64,000 nt of DNA from Pelagomonas calceolata (GCA_918797485.1 CAKKNE010000003.1:1922001-1986000); one strand, 5' to 3'. Positions 52,496-62,113 are shown, numbered from the stretch's first letter. Made by a program: numbers and translations. The notes: generated by a model from the letters alone, not told the origin.

Positions 52496-54265
52496 ATGCT
52501 GTCGATCACGCTGCCCGCCGGCGCCGTGCCCGGGACCGTCGTCCGGGCGCCGGACGGGCGCGGGGGGACGGTGCAGGTGCAGCTGCCGCACGGCTGCGCG
52601 CCCGGGGCGACGGTGCAGGTGCCGCTGCCGGCCGCGCCGGCCGCGCCGGTCGTCGCGCCCGTCGCGCCGATCGCGCCGATCGCGCCCGTCGCGCCCGTCC
52701 TGCCGGTCGCGCCCGTCCTGCCGGTCGCGCCCGCGCCCGCGCCGGCGCCCGCGGGAACCGACTTGACGGCGGAGCAGCGCGCCGCGCTGGATGCGTTCGC
52801 CGCCATGGACGCGGACGGCGACGGCGAACTGACCGCCGACGAGATATACCAGGCGCTCTCGAAGAATGACGCGGACGTGACCCTCGCGCGCGTCCAGGAG
52901 ATTGTTGCCAAGGCCGACGCCGACGGCAACGGCACCGTGTCTCGCCAGGAGTACCTCGACGCGGTCGCCGCTGACATCGTTCCGGGAAGCTGGCTCGGCG
53001 GCCTCGGCCGGCGCCTGGGCGCGCTCTTCGCCGAGCCGGCGGCCGCGGCGGCCGCCGCGCCGCCACGCGAGGAGGCGACGCCCCCGCCGCCGCCGGACCC
53101 CGCGTCGCCGGCGGTCGTCGTGACCGAGCCCGAGCCCGCGGTGGCACCGGACCCCGCGTCCCCGGTCGTCGCGGCCGAGCCCGCGGCGGCAGGCAAACCG
53201 GGGCGGAAGCTGTCGCTCAAGGAGAAGGCGGCTAGAAAGAAGAAGCAGCTCGGGAAGGCCGCCGCCCGCGCGAAGGAGGCGGCGCTGGAGACGACGCGCA
53301 TCAAGGACCCCTTCGTCGAGCGCCTCTTCGACGGGTGCGTCGTCTGGTCGCAGGACTGGAAGCGGGACCTCTGGCTCTACCTCAAGACCGAGAATCCCTT
53401 CATCTCGACGCTGTTCTCGCACCCGGACCACCCGTACAGCCCGGCGGAGCGCCGGACCGGCCTCGTGCTCGCGACCTTATATGCGATCGGCATAGCCTTT
53501 ATTTTTGAGGCGAATGCCGCGAACGCCAGAACCGCGTTGATTCGGGCTTTGATCATCGGAGGCATGCTCAACTGGTTCTTCGACTACTTCTACAAGTACT
53601 CGGTCGAGTGCCCGTGCGTGCAGCGGGACTCGGCCGCCTGCGTCAAGTGGTGCGCCGAAAAGTTCGGACAGTGCATCTGCCTGATCATGACCACGATCGC
53701 CGGGGCGATCCTCTTGAACGGGATTATCTTTATGACGCACCCAAAGGAACGGACAGACGGGAGCAAAAAAGGATCGGTCGGCGCCGCCTTCTGGAAGTTC
53801 GCGGTGGGTATGCTTGAATCCATCCTCTTCTACTCGCTCGTCTGTTCGTGCGTCGAGTTCGCGATCGCCCGCCGCGGCCAGATGAAGCCCGCGGACCCGA
53901 AGAAGCTCCCGGTCTGGTCCGGCAAGAAGCGCGTCCGGGGCCTTTGCGGCTGCGGGTGGAAGAGCCCGCCGGGCGAGCTCTGGCTCAAGTGGGTCGGCGA
54001 GGACAAGGGCTTCGAGGACCTCCCGCCGCGCCCCCCCACCTACTTCATCAAGCCGGGCCGCTGCTACGCCTGCTGCGCCTGCTTGAACTGCTGCTGCGTC
54101 TGCTGCGCCACGGGCGTCGCCACGTGGCTCGCGCGGCGCGAGACGGGCGACGCGGGCGTCGACGCGACCGACGAGCGCACGCTGGCCAAATACAAGTACC
54201 TCGCCGTCTACGGCGAGGACGCGCGCGACCGGACCGACGTCGAGGCTCCCGCGGCACCGGCGTAG
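52496..54265 (+). CDS. EF-hand multi-pass membrane protein with Pro/Ala repeats and Cys-rich tail
   Basis: DADGDGELTADE and DADGNGTVSRQE; (V/I)AP repeats; HPDHPYSPAERR before about 4 TM segments; CYACCACLNCCCVCC. Confidence 0.8.
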   Translation: MLSITLPAGAVPGTVVRAPDGRGGTVQVQLPHGCAPGATVQVPLPAAPAAPVVAPVAPIAPIAPVAPVLPVAPVLPVAPAPAPAPAGTDLTAEQRAALDAFAAMDADGDGELTADEIYQALSKNDADVTLARVQEIVAKADADGNGTVSRQEYLDAVAADIVPGSWLGGLGRRLGALFAEPAAAAAAAPPREEATPPPPPDPASPAVVVTEPEPAVAPDPASPVVAAEPAAAGKPGRKLSLKEKAARKKKQLGKAAARAKEAALETTRIKDPFVERLFDGCVVWSQDWKRDLWLYLKTENPFISTLFSHPDHPYSPAERRTGLVLATLYAIGIAFIFEANAANARTALIRALIIGGMLNWFFDYFYKYSVECPCVQRDSAACVKWCAEKFGQCICLIMTTIAGAILLNGIIFMTHPKERTDGSKKGSVGAAFWKFAVGMLESILFYSLVCSCVEFAIARRGQMKPADPKKLPVWSGKKRVRGLCGCGWKSPPGELWLKWVGEDKGFEDLPPRPPTYFIKPGRCYACCACLNCCCVCCATGVATWLARRETGDAGVDATDERTLAKYKYLAVYGEDARDRTDVEAPAAPA

Positions 54266-54498
54266 ACGGAACTCGTCACGGCGCGCGGCCCGCTCCTCGC
54301 CACCGCCATCCTCGAGGACCGGCGCCACGCAATAGGCCACTCTAGGCCGGACAGCCCAATTCACTTCCCCCCATCGTCATGTTCATGATCGCTCTCCGAG
54401 TCGCTCGGGACGGACCTACTCCGCCCTTCGACCGCTGGCTCCCCTCCTCCCTGAACCGCTCGGGCCTCCGCCCTTGACCATGGACTTCATCAAACATA

Positions 54499-54532
54499 CT
54501 AGCGTTCTGTAAGACACTAGCTAGCGTTCTGT
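54499..54532 (+). promoter_or_regulatory. CTAG bipartite motif plus partial second copy
   Basis: CTAGCGTTCTGTAAGACACTAG then CTAGCGTTCTGT, here between convergent genes. Confidence 0.55.
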
Positions 54533-54621
54533 TGCAGCTCGACCAGCCTAGACACCCGCACGACTAGCGCAATACCGCCCCGACGCTCTCATCGAGGGTT
54601 CCGAATGCACACATGAATATT

Positions 54622-55614
54622 TTAGCTATCCGAATCGAGACGCGCAAACAGCGCACGAACCGCGTCCCGCGGCGGCGCCGTCCGCGCGAGGTCGAGGACG
54701 CGGTCGTCGTCGCGGGACCGATGGCGGATCATATGCTCAAAAACGGTCGGCGCGTCGCGGCGCCCGCAGAACTGGGACGCGACGGCGCAGGACGGCTCGA
54801 GGGCGTAGGTCTGGTGCCACGACTTTGGCGGCACAATCACCACATCGCCGGCGAATTGCAGCGCCGTGCAGAAGCGCCCCGGTACTTGCGTCGATGGCGT
54901 AAAGTTCTCCGGTCCCGCTTTGGCCTTGACGAGGTCCCGGTCGTCTTCGAAGTCGGCCGCGTCGGGCCAGTCGCCTTCCTGAACACAATACAGGTCGATG
55001 TCGGACTGCGTGCCAGCACTATCGTCCCCAAAGGCCTCGCTCGGCAGTTTGTAGGCCTCGAGATCGGCGTCGTCGACGTCGAGCAGGAACCGCCAGACCT
55101 TGGAGCCCTCCAGGCAGAGCGACGTGCCCGTCCAGTCGTAGGGGTCCCTGTGGAGCGGTGATCGCGCGCCTGCGCCCGCGCAGACCACACAGGCGTCCGC
55201 CGGCCGCCGCTCCGCTGGAAACGCGTCGAGCCACGACTCCTCTCCTTCGAAAATGGCGCGCTGCGGCGCGATTGCGGCGGCGCGTAAGTTGCCCTCGAGC
55301 AGTGCCTCGTCGAAGAGGAAATGTGGCGTTTCGTGGGTCGACGCCAGCGCGTCGTAAAAGAACTCCGCGAGCGGCGCGTCGAAGGGGTCGCCCGCGATCT
55401 GCTGGGTCACGATGGCGTCGCCGAACCCCTCCATGAGGTTACCAGTCCACGCGTCGCAAGCCTCAGGGCTCAATGCTCCTGCCGCGACAAATGGTTGTCC
55501 GCTATCTAGCGCCGCACGGATGGCCGGCGCATCTTTGGCATCGATGCGTGCGGCCCACGAGTGCGCATTCGCCGTCGCCGCGATGGCGTGAAGCGCGAGC
55601 GCGGTGCGGCGCAT
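54622..55614 (-). CDS. JmjC/cupin 2-oxoglutarate-Fe(II) oxygenase
   Basis: SPLHRDP (HxD), GSKVWRF, GDVVIVPPKSWHQT (distal His). Confidence 0.87.
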   Translation of the reverse strand: MRRTALALHAIAATANAHSWAARIDAKDAPAIRAALDSGQPFVAAGALSPEACDAWTGNLMEGFGDAIVTQQIAGDPFDAPLAEFFYDALASTHETPHFLFDEALLEGNLRAAAIAPQRAIFEGEESWLDAFPAERRPADACVVCAGAGARSPLHRDPYDWTGTSLCLEGSKVWRFLLDVDDADLEAYKLPSEAFGDDSAGTQSDIDLYCVQEGDWPDAADFEDDRDLVKAKAGPENFTPSTQVPGRFCTALQFAGDVVIVPPKSWHQTYALEPSCAVASQFCGRRDAPTVFEHMIRHRSRDDDRVLDLARTAPPRDAVRALFARLDSDS

Positions 55615-55617
55615 GGC

Positions 55618-55869
55618 CTACTGACCCGGGAGGTCAAAGCCGACGAACGTCAGGATTTTTTTTGCGACTTCCGCCCGGTTTGCTGCGTGCTTCCGCAGGA
55701 GATCAGCGAGTTGCGGTTTCAGCTTGCGGCGCCGCGCCTGCCTTGCTTTCAGGTCCGCTGTCTGTTCCTCTGCTGTACGTGCAAATAGGGACTCATTATA
55801 GCACTGGCCGCAGGTTCCCGTAAAAGATAAACCAGGAATTGGTAGGTGGCAATTAATGCAGCGTGGCAT
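55618..55869 (-). CDS. Small CxxC...CxxC protein (83 aa) or uORF immediately upstream of the JmjC gene
   Basis: CINC...CGQC; ATG in GCCATG context; stop is 3 nt from the next ATG. Confidence 0.45.
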   Translation of the reverse strand: MPRCINCHLPIPGLSFTGTCGQCYNESLFARTAEEQTADLKARQARRRKLKPQLADLLRKHAANRAEVAKKILTFVGFDLPGQ

Positions 55870-56071
55870 GGCGCGAGTGGCGCCCGCGTCGCCGCCGCTC
55901 GACCGCGATGCGAATTAGCGTACTAACATACTAGCCCTCATTTACACCCAGCCCAACGTCGAGCCCAAGGGCAGCCCGTACGCCACAACTCGCTCATCAT
56001 CTGGGCGCAAACGAGCCCACCGGTCGAGCTAAGGCAGCGAACGAAACGATGGCAGGCAGCCCCAGCTGACA

Positions 56072-57553
56072 ATGCAGGCGGACACCGTCGAGGCCCTCTG
56101 GGCGCGGGCCCTCGAGCTGTCCGAGGACGGTAGTGTGCACGAGGCCGTGTTGACGTTTGAGCAGGCCGCCCAGTTGCTTGAAAAGCAAAAGGACCAAGCC
56201 ATGCGAACGAAAGGCGCCGAGCGCGTCCTCAAACTATTGGAGGAGCTCATAGCCAAACTCGGAAGAGAGATTGAGTCGCACCTCAACTATCTGAGGGGGA
56301 ACCTCTGGGCGGCCCTCGATTTGGCACCCGGGGCCGCGTCGGGCGACGTGACGCGCGCCTATAAAAAACTCGCGCTGAAGTATCATCCCGACAAGTCGCG
56401 CGTGTCGCCGAAGATCTTCACGATCGTGGGCCGCGCGCGCGAGGTTTTGGGTGACGTTGACAGGCGGAAGTACTACACACCGGAGCGCGACGCGGCGGGC
56501 TGGCGCCAATACCGGCGAGAGCACGCCGACGAGTTTCGGGTCGTGGCCACACCGGCGCCGCGGCGGCGCCGCGCCGGCGACATGACCGGGAGCGCTCCTG
56601 CGGATCACGACCGGCGGCGCGACGACGCGGACGCGGCGCGGCGAAGAAGACCGTCGGCCGACGACGCGAAGAAAAGTAGTGCGGCCGCTGCGAAAACGCG
56701 CTACGGTTCACAAAGAGACGGCCCCGGCGCGGCGGCCGCGCGCGCCTTCGCGACGGGTACCAAAGAAAGGGCGGAGCCGCTCTCGGAGGATCGGGTAAGA
56801 CGCATGAACATCGGCGAGCTCAAGGCGTCTTTACGAAGAAGCGGCCTGCCGGCGACGGGCGAGCGCCGGGACTTGGAGAGGGACGTGCTCCGCGCCGCGG
56901 GGCTCCGGCCGAAGACGCCCGTCCCGAAGCATGTGGTGGCCGCGCAGCTGCGCGCGGCGTCGCCGGCGTCGCGCGCGCGGCGCGCGGCACAAATACCGGA
57001 GGACGTGCTGCGCGATTTGTTGAGAGAGGAAGGCGTAGCCGTGGACGGCGACCTGGTCCAGGCCGCCGTCGACGCGTTCGGCGACGACAAGGCGGACGAG
57101 GACTCTTTCTTCGACGACCGGTCGGACGGGCCCGGCCCTGAGCCCGGCGTCGCCTTCGCGCGCCCGGCGTCGCCCGACTCGGAGGATAATGACAGACGGC
57201 CGCGGGACCCGCGCGACGACCGGTCGGAACGGGCCGTCTATGAGCCGGCCTCGGATACTGAACGGCGGCCGCGGGACCCGCGCTTCGTCCGGCCCCACGC
57301 GTCATCTTCCTCCTCGGATTCGGACGACAGCGGGATCTTGCCCGGCGCCGCGCCGGCCCGGGGCGGCTTCGTGGGCGCGTTGAGAGGAAGGACGTCGCAA
57401 CACAACCTGGGGGACCTCGGCCCGACGCACGTGGCCGGGGCGGCGCCGGGCGTCCAGGACGAGGTCGAGTTCTGGTTGGATGGTGCGGCGCGCGCGCGGA
57501 CACCGCGTGTACCCGAGCCGCCGCCCGAGGGCGCGTGGTTTTGGGGCAACTAA
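56072..57553 (+). CDS. J-domain (DnaJ) protein with SAP-like motif
   Basis: AYKKLALKYHPDK...AREVLGD..RR..Y; MNIGELKASLRRSGLPATGERRDL. Confidence 0.83.
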   Translation: MQADTVEALWARALELSEDGSVHEAVLTFEQAAQLLEKQKDQAMRTKGAERVLKLLEELIAKLGREIESHLNYLRGNLWAALDLAPGAASGDVTRAYKKLALKYHPDKSRVSPKIFTIVGRAREVLGDVDRRKYYTPERDAAGWRQYRREHADEFRVVATPAPRRRRAGDMTGSAPADHDRRRDDADAARRRRPSADDAKKSSAAAAKTRYGSQRDGPGAAAARAFATGTKERAEPLSEDRVRRMNIGELKASLRRSGLPATGERRDLERDVLRAAGLRPKTPVPKHVVAAQLRAASPASRARRAAQIPEDVLRDLLREEGVAVDGDLVQAAVDAFGDDKADEDSFFDDRSDGPGPEPGVAFARPASPDSEDNDRRPRDPRDDRSERAVYEPASDTERRPRDPRFVRPHASSSSSDSDDSGILPGAAPARGGFVGALRGRTSQHNLGDLGPTHVAGAAPGVQDEVEFWLDGAARARTPRVPEPPPEGAWFWGN

Positions 57554-57555
57554 CT

Positions 57556-58608
57556 TCACACTGTTACTACGGGGTGCAGGATGCCCAGGCCACCCGATAA
57601 ATAGCGACTTGTCGTCCGCGGCCGGCCCCTTAACGCCTCAAGGTCGCGCACGAACTGGACCTTGGCTAATAAGACGACGCCGATGAGCACGAGCGCCAAT
57701 GATGCATTGTCCAGGGCCGTATAAGCAACGTAGCCGACCAGCGCCAACAACGGCAGGAGCCGCCTGAAAACTGTGTCATATTCCATCGCGCCGTGCGCCA
57801 TGGCCGCGAACGCCGTCGCCGTCGCCGCAGCCAAAGCCGCGACTTCTGGTGCTCCAAAGGAGTAGAGGGCGGCACCGACGGCCGCGCCCAGGCCGACCAC
57901 TTTCGCGAAGATTCTGAACATCTCCGGCGCGATCAGGTACATGCGGTACCATACGTATATCGACAGGGCCAGCATCGCGATGGTCCCTCCATACAATAAC
58001 CCGCCGGCGACGCGCGACGCCGCTGCCGAAGTGTCGAAGTCGCCCGTGTCTCTACCTAAAGGTTGCGCCGACAAAGCTTCGAACTCGAGCCGATCCGCGA
58101 ATTTATATAGAGCGGGCAGCCCCCAGTACGTCCCCGCTATTAAGATAACGAACAATTGCCTTTGAAATTTGGGAAAACCGAACTGGATCATATCTGTCGT
58201 TGGTCTTCTCCACCCCATGGCCTCGACCGCATACGCAAAGACGCAGACCCACTTCCAGCACGCCTCGATCTGATCTCGCGACGCGTACGACGCGAGGACG
58301 CAGCTTATTGATGCTAATAAAACTTGGAGCCAGGGCGCCGGTTGCCTTCGTTCCCTCTGCGCGCTCAAGGCTAGTGACGCGTTGCCCCACACGAGTGCCA
58401 AAGCTAGAGAACGCCATTCGTCCCCGACGCAATACACGCAAGAAGCTAATAAAAGTGCCGTGGTCTGCACGGCGACCTGCACTCTCGCCTCGTCCGTCCA
58501 CGCGAAGGTGTCGTCTATCGTTTGAGGCGGCTCGACGAGGCGCATGCGCTGCTGCGGGTCCGGCGCTCTGACAGCGTTCTCTTCGTCCGGTGCGGCGCTG
58601 CGGGCCAT
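57556..58608 (-). CDS. Multi-pass membrane protein of unknown function
   Basis: 350-aa ORF with many hydrophobic segments. Confidence 0.7.
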   Translation of the reverse strand: MARSAAPDEENAVRAPDPQQRMRLVEPPQTIDDTFAWTDEARVQVAVQTTALLLASCVYCVGDEWRSLALALVWGNASLALSAQRERRQPAPWLQVLLASISCVLASYASRDQIEACWKWVCVFAYAVEAMGWRRPTTDMIQFGFPKFQRQLFVILIAGTYWGLPALYKFADRLEFEALSAQPLGRDTGDFDTSAAASRVAGGLLYGGTIAMLALSIYVWYRMYLIAPEMFRIFAKVVGLGAAVGAALYSFGAPEVAALAAATATAFAAMAHGAMEYDTVFRRLLPLLALVGYVAYTALDNASLALVLIGVVLLAKVQFVRDLEALRGRPRTTSRYLSGGLGILHPVVTV

Positions 58609-58856
58609 CGTCTTTGCTGTGTTTTTTTGTTGCTCAGCTGATAGCCTTCCCGGTGAAATTCGACCTGTTCACGCAGCGTGATATTTTTTGCTGTGCTCTG
58701 TTTTTGCTGTGAGGGCTGCTCAGCTGCTGGTATGCTGAAACTCGAGCTTTTCTCGCTGCGCGCGACGCGTGCGATATCACGATCGCTCTGGTTCTTGCGA
58801 AACGCGCTCCCACAGGCGACTGGGCAGCTTTTTTTGCTTGCAAAGCCAAGGCATCC

Positions 58857-58875
58857 CTAGTGTCTTACCGCTAGC
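58857..58875 (-). promoter_or_regulatory. CTAG bipartite intergenic motif
   Basis: CTAGTGTCTTACCGCTAGC between divergent genes. Confidence 0.7.
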
Positions 58876-59044
58876 GTGGTCACCACTCCCGCAAACGATC
58901 GAGCACCATCCCGGCTGCCCGCATAAACACAGGGAGAGGTCTCGCCGGCCTCAAGTTTCGTTGAAGAATGAAGGCCCAAGTTTTTCAGATGCATCACTGT
59001 GCCTCGACTGCACGGCACCGCGCCATGGGCGCGCCGCCCGGAGG

Positions 59045-60388
59045 ATGCTGACGCAACCCGCCCTGGGGGGCGCGGCCGGGGGCTACAGCCTCTTCAGCGG
59101 CGCCGCGGCGCCGCCGCCCCCCCAGCCCCATGCGCTCCCAGGTTCGCTGGCGAATATGCCGGGCGCGGCGGCGCCGCCGCCTATACCAAACCGCAGCCCC
59201 CATCCTGTAGCTTCGCCGAACCTACAAGATGCGCCGCGAAGCGGCACGTCAAGCCTCGACACCACGCCCAAGCTCGGGGACCGCGCCACCCTCTTCGCGA
59301 GCCCGTCCAATGAACCATCAACCATGTTCGACGGCGACACGAAGCTCATGCCCTACGTCGACTGGGTCGCGGCCCGCATCCGAGCGCTGGGTGGCGTCGC
59401 GACGTCGGCCTCGCTCGGTAGCACGCTCGCCGTCGAAAGCGCGGAAAATTACAATATGATCAAGGTCCACTTCGGTGGTTTATGTGGTCTGTTGTCGCGG
59501 TACCCCGAGCGGTTTCGGTTGCTGCACGACAAGCCCCTGAACCACGTCGCGGTGGTCGGTCCTGCGGCGGTCTCGTCGTCAGATGACGATGTTCCGCAAG
59601 TAGAACCGCGGTGGCTGCGGCAGCAACGGAGAGCGGCTCCTGTGGAAAGAGCGACGCGGGAAGACGAAGCTGCCGTGGTGCGCGAAGTGGTCAACATTTT
59701 GGCATCGGCGTCGGAGAACGCTTTAACCGCCGTGGACCTGTCGAACGCCCTACGAGCTCGATTAGGCGTCGGTGCGCTTAGTCGTGTTAGAGCGTCGCAC
59801 GGCGGTTTGTTGACCTTCCTCGAGAAATCAGCTGGTAGGGTCCGAGTGGTACGTGTCCCGAAGCATGACGTCGTAACACTGGCGCCCGTCGAGTCAACAC
59901 CGGTCATGCCCGGGGCTTTGCGAGCGGAGGCGGCGGTCTTCTCTCCGCAATTCGTGGAACCTGCGGTGCCTGTGGTGGACGACGGAAAACCGGCCCCGAA
60001 GCAGTGCATCGGGCCCGCGCGCCAGAAGCCCATGGGCGCCTCGTCGTTGTTTCCAGCGCCGCCACTCTTCCCGCAGCAGCTTTCACAAGGTTGTCAGCGG
60101 CAATTGGCGCGCTTAGCGGCGGAGGACTACGCGCCGACGATGCCGTGGCCTAGGGATGCGGTCCATGATCAAGGCATCGTGCGGACGGTCTTGGAGTGTC
60201 TGCGGGCGCAGTCGCCGCGACCGTCGACGCTCCACAAGATCCGGGCGTACTTGAGACGCGTCTACGCCCTGCAAAGTTCGGTCAAGTCCGTTCCCCTCAG
60301 AGCGTTACTGACGGCGTACCCGCAGCTTTTCGTGATCGACGGGACGTCCGTCGCCGAGCGCTCTCACGTCAAAGTGCCGTCTTTTTGA
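59045..60388 (+). CDS. Protein with three LOTUS/OST-HTH-like winged-helix repeats
   Basis: HFGGLCGLLSRYPERF, HGGLLTFLEK, VPLRALLTAYPQLF. Confidence 0.6.
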   Translation: MLTQPALGGAAGGYSLFSGAAAPPPPQPHALPGSLANMPGAAAPPPIPNRSPHPVASPNLQDAPRSGTSSLDTTPKLGDRATLFASPSNEPSTMFDGDTKLMPYVDWVAARIRALGGVATSASLGSTLAVESAENYNMIKVHFGGLCGLLSRYPERFRLLHDKPLNHVAVVGPAAVSSSDDDVPQVEPRWLRQQRRAAPVERATREDEAAVVREVVNILASASENALTAVDLSNALRARLGVGALSRVRASHGGLLTFLEKSAGRVRVVRVPKHDVVTLAPVESTPVMPGALRAEAAVFSPQFVEPAVPVVDDGKPAPKQCIGPARQKPMGASSLFPAPPLFPQQLSQGCQRQLARLAAEDYAPTMPWPRDAVHDQGIVRTVLECLRAQSPRPSTLHKIRAYLRRVYALQSSVKSVPLRALLTAYPQLFVIDGTSVAERSHVKVPSF

Positions 60389-60863
60389 CGGTCTTGTTCA
60401 TTATCCCCCTGTATGTGTGCCTCCCTTACCGACGCACACACACCGTCCATAGTATCTGAAGTAAGTTTGTACATAACCTGGTTCTTGTCCATCTCGGCCC
60501 GTCGCGCCGCGATGCCATCGATGCGGGAATTCACCCTGGTTAGACACCCTGGTAGTAGCGGTGGCCCGGATCCACTCGCGGCGCGACGGCGGCCCGCGTG
60601 CGATGGCCGCGGCGACGGCGTGACGGCGAGATGTACGCCCGTCGCGGCGACGGCGTGCCCACAGGATTATGCCGCCCCCACGCCGTCGACGAGACGCGTA
60701 CCCACGCAGGGCCGGGGAATACGGAACGGACCTCTGGCCTGCGGCTGCCCGCAGCGGCCTGCCTAAATACGGTCTCGTGGGCTGCCACCGTCGCGCCGCC
60801 ACGCAGCAAGAGCGGGAACACACGCACTCCATCCACAGCAGTATATATATATAGCAGCGCACG

Positions 60864-61259
60864 ATGGCCACCGCCCCGGTGGAAGCCATTGCCGACGCCG
60901 AGGCCTTCGGCGCCTACCTCGAGAAGTCCGAGACGGTCCTGGTGGTCATGGACGTGCACCAGAACTGGTGCGGCCCCTGCGACACGATGAAGCCGACGTA
61001 CAACTCCATCTTCAACGAGATCGACAATTGCGAGGACAAGGTCGCGTTTACGACGGCCGACATCAAAACTCTCACGCCGCAGCTCGTGGAGCTCATGGCC
61101 ACCAAGCCGTCAGACTTGGACCTGGCGAACCACGGCTGCATGCCCTTCTTCCTGCTGGTGAAGAACAAGGCCGTCGTGGCCATCGTCCTCGGCGCGGACG
61201 TGCCCACTCTCAGAGATAACGTCGTCCTCTACGCGCCGGAGGACGAGGCGGCAGAGTAA
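60864..61259 (+). CDS. Thioredoxin (NME8/dynein light-chain-type)
   Basis: VMDVHQNWCGPC active site and CMPFF cis-Pro loop. Confidence 0.85.
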   Translation: MATAPVEAIADAEAFGAYLEKSETVLVVMDVHQNWCGPCDTMKPTYNSIFNEIDNCEDKVAFTTADIKTLTPQLVELMATKPSDLDLANHGCMPFFLLVKNKAVVAIVLGADVPTLRDNVVLYAPEDEAAE

Positions 61260-61265
61260 TCTTTT

Positions 61266-61901
61266 TTATAGTAGTCCTAGGCCCGCGCGGAGCGATGGTT
61301 CGAGTGATCGGGGCACGGCTATGGATGCGTCGCACGCGTAGAGGACCTCGCGTCCATCTCGGATGCAGTCCGCGAGGCCCTCGTCGACGCGGAGGCTCTC
61401 TGCTACGGTTATCGCGCGGTCCTTCGTGGGCCAGAAGGCGGTGGGGCCCCACGCATATGAGATAGAGCCGAGGGGCCAGATGGATGCTGCGGTGCCCCAC
61501 TGCGCCGCGGCTTCCGCGTTGGCGACGGCGAGGTGCGCCGTTCTCGCACGTGGTCCGGGCGCTTTGATTTTGTCTAATGCCGCGTCGAGCGACCGGAAAT
61601 AGGTTGCTGCCCGTGCCGAATTGTACGTAGCAGGGGAGTAGAGATCATACGGGTCGCGGCGCAGCGTCGGGCTCGCCTCGGCGACGCCGCGGTAGATGAA
61701 ACCGGCCTGGACGACCGCGCGGACCCAGTCGGGGTTTCCATCGGTTATTATTGCTTTGACCGCTTCTCCCAGTGAGATCTCTCGCACGGCGCCGTCGGTC
61801 GATGCACTCGCACTTGCTGCTCCGCCGGCGGTCGCGACGAGAAATGTTCGTCGATTCGGTGCGAGCGCTTGAACGCTCACGAGCAAGAGTAGCGCACGCA
61901 T
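61266..61901 (-). CDS. Hypothetical protein, probably plastid/thylakoid-targeted
   Basis: Signal MRALLLLVSVQALAP followed by twin-Arg NRRTFL...ASA. Confidence 0.65.
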   Translation of the reverse strand: MRALLLLVSVQALAPNRRTFLVATAGGAASASASTDGAVREISLGEAVKAIITDGNPDWVRAVVQAGFIYRGVAEASPTLRRDPYDLYSPATYNSARAATYFRSLDAALDKIKAPGPRARTAHLAVANAEAAAQWGTAASIWPLGSISYAWGPTAFWPTKDRAITVAESLRVDEGLADCIRDGREVLYACDASIAVPRSLEPSLRAGLGLL

Positions 61902-62025
61902 CACCAGTCGCGTGCTGGCAGCACTGGTGCTCTTGTCGTGAGCGCGAGCCACAGCGGCACGCCGACGACTACGACGAGTAGCACAACGCCCTCCAGTGGT
62001 GACATTGACCACACAGTGGCTGGGC

Positions 62026-62113
62026 CTCTCAGGCAATGGCTCACAAGCTCTCAGGCAATGGCTCACAAGCTCTCAGGCTATGGCTCACAAGCTCTCAGGC
62101 TATGGCTCACAAG
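62026..62113. repeat. Minisatellite, 4 x 22 bp CTCTCAGGC(A/T)ATGGCTCACAAG
   Basis: Four head-to-tail copies: two with A, then two with T at position 10. Confidence 0.95.

Noticed and set aside
54360..54490. Possible gene relic on the minus strand (…PSDSESDHEHDDGGK*)
   Set aside because: Too short and low-complexity to support.
1960..61259. Selenocysteine recoding in the redox genes
   Set aside because: Glutaredoxin (CGFS) and thioredoxin (WCGPC) use ordinary Cys codons, and I saw no in-frame TGA at a conserved position.
62026..62113. 22-bp repeats as a CRISPR array
   Set aside because: Copies are contiguous with no spacers.
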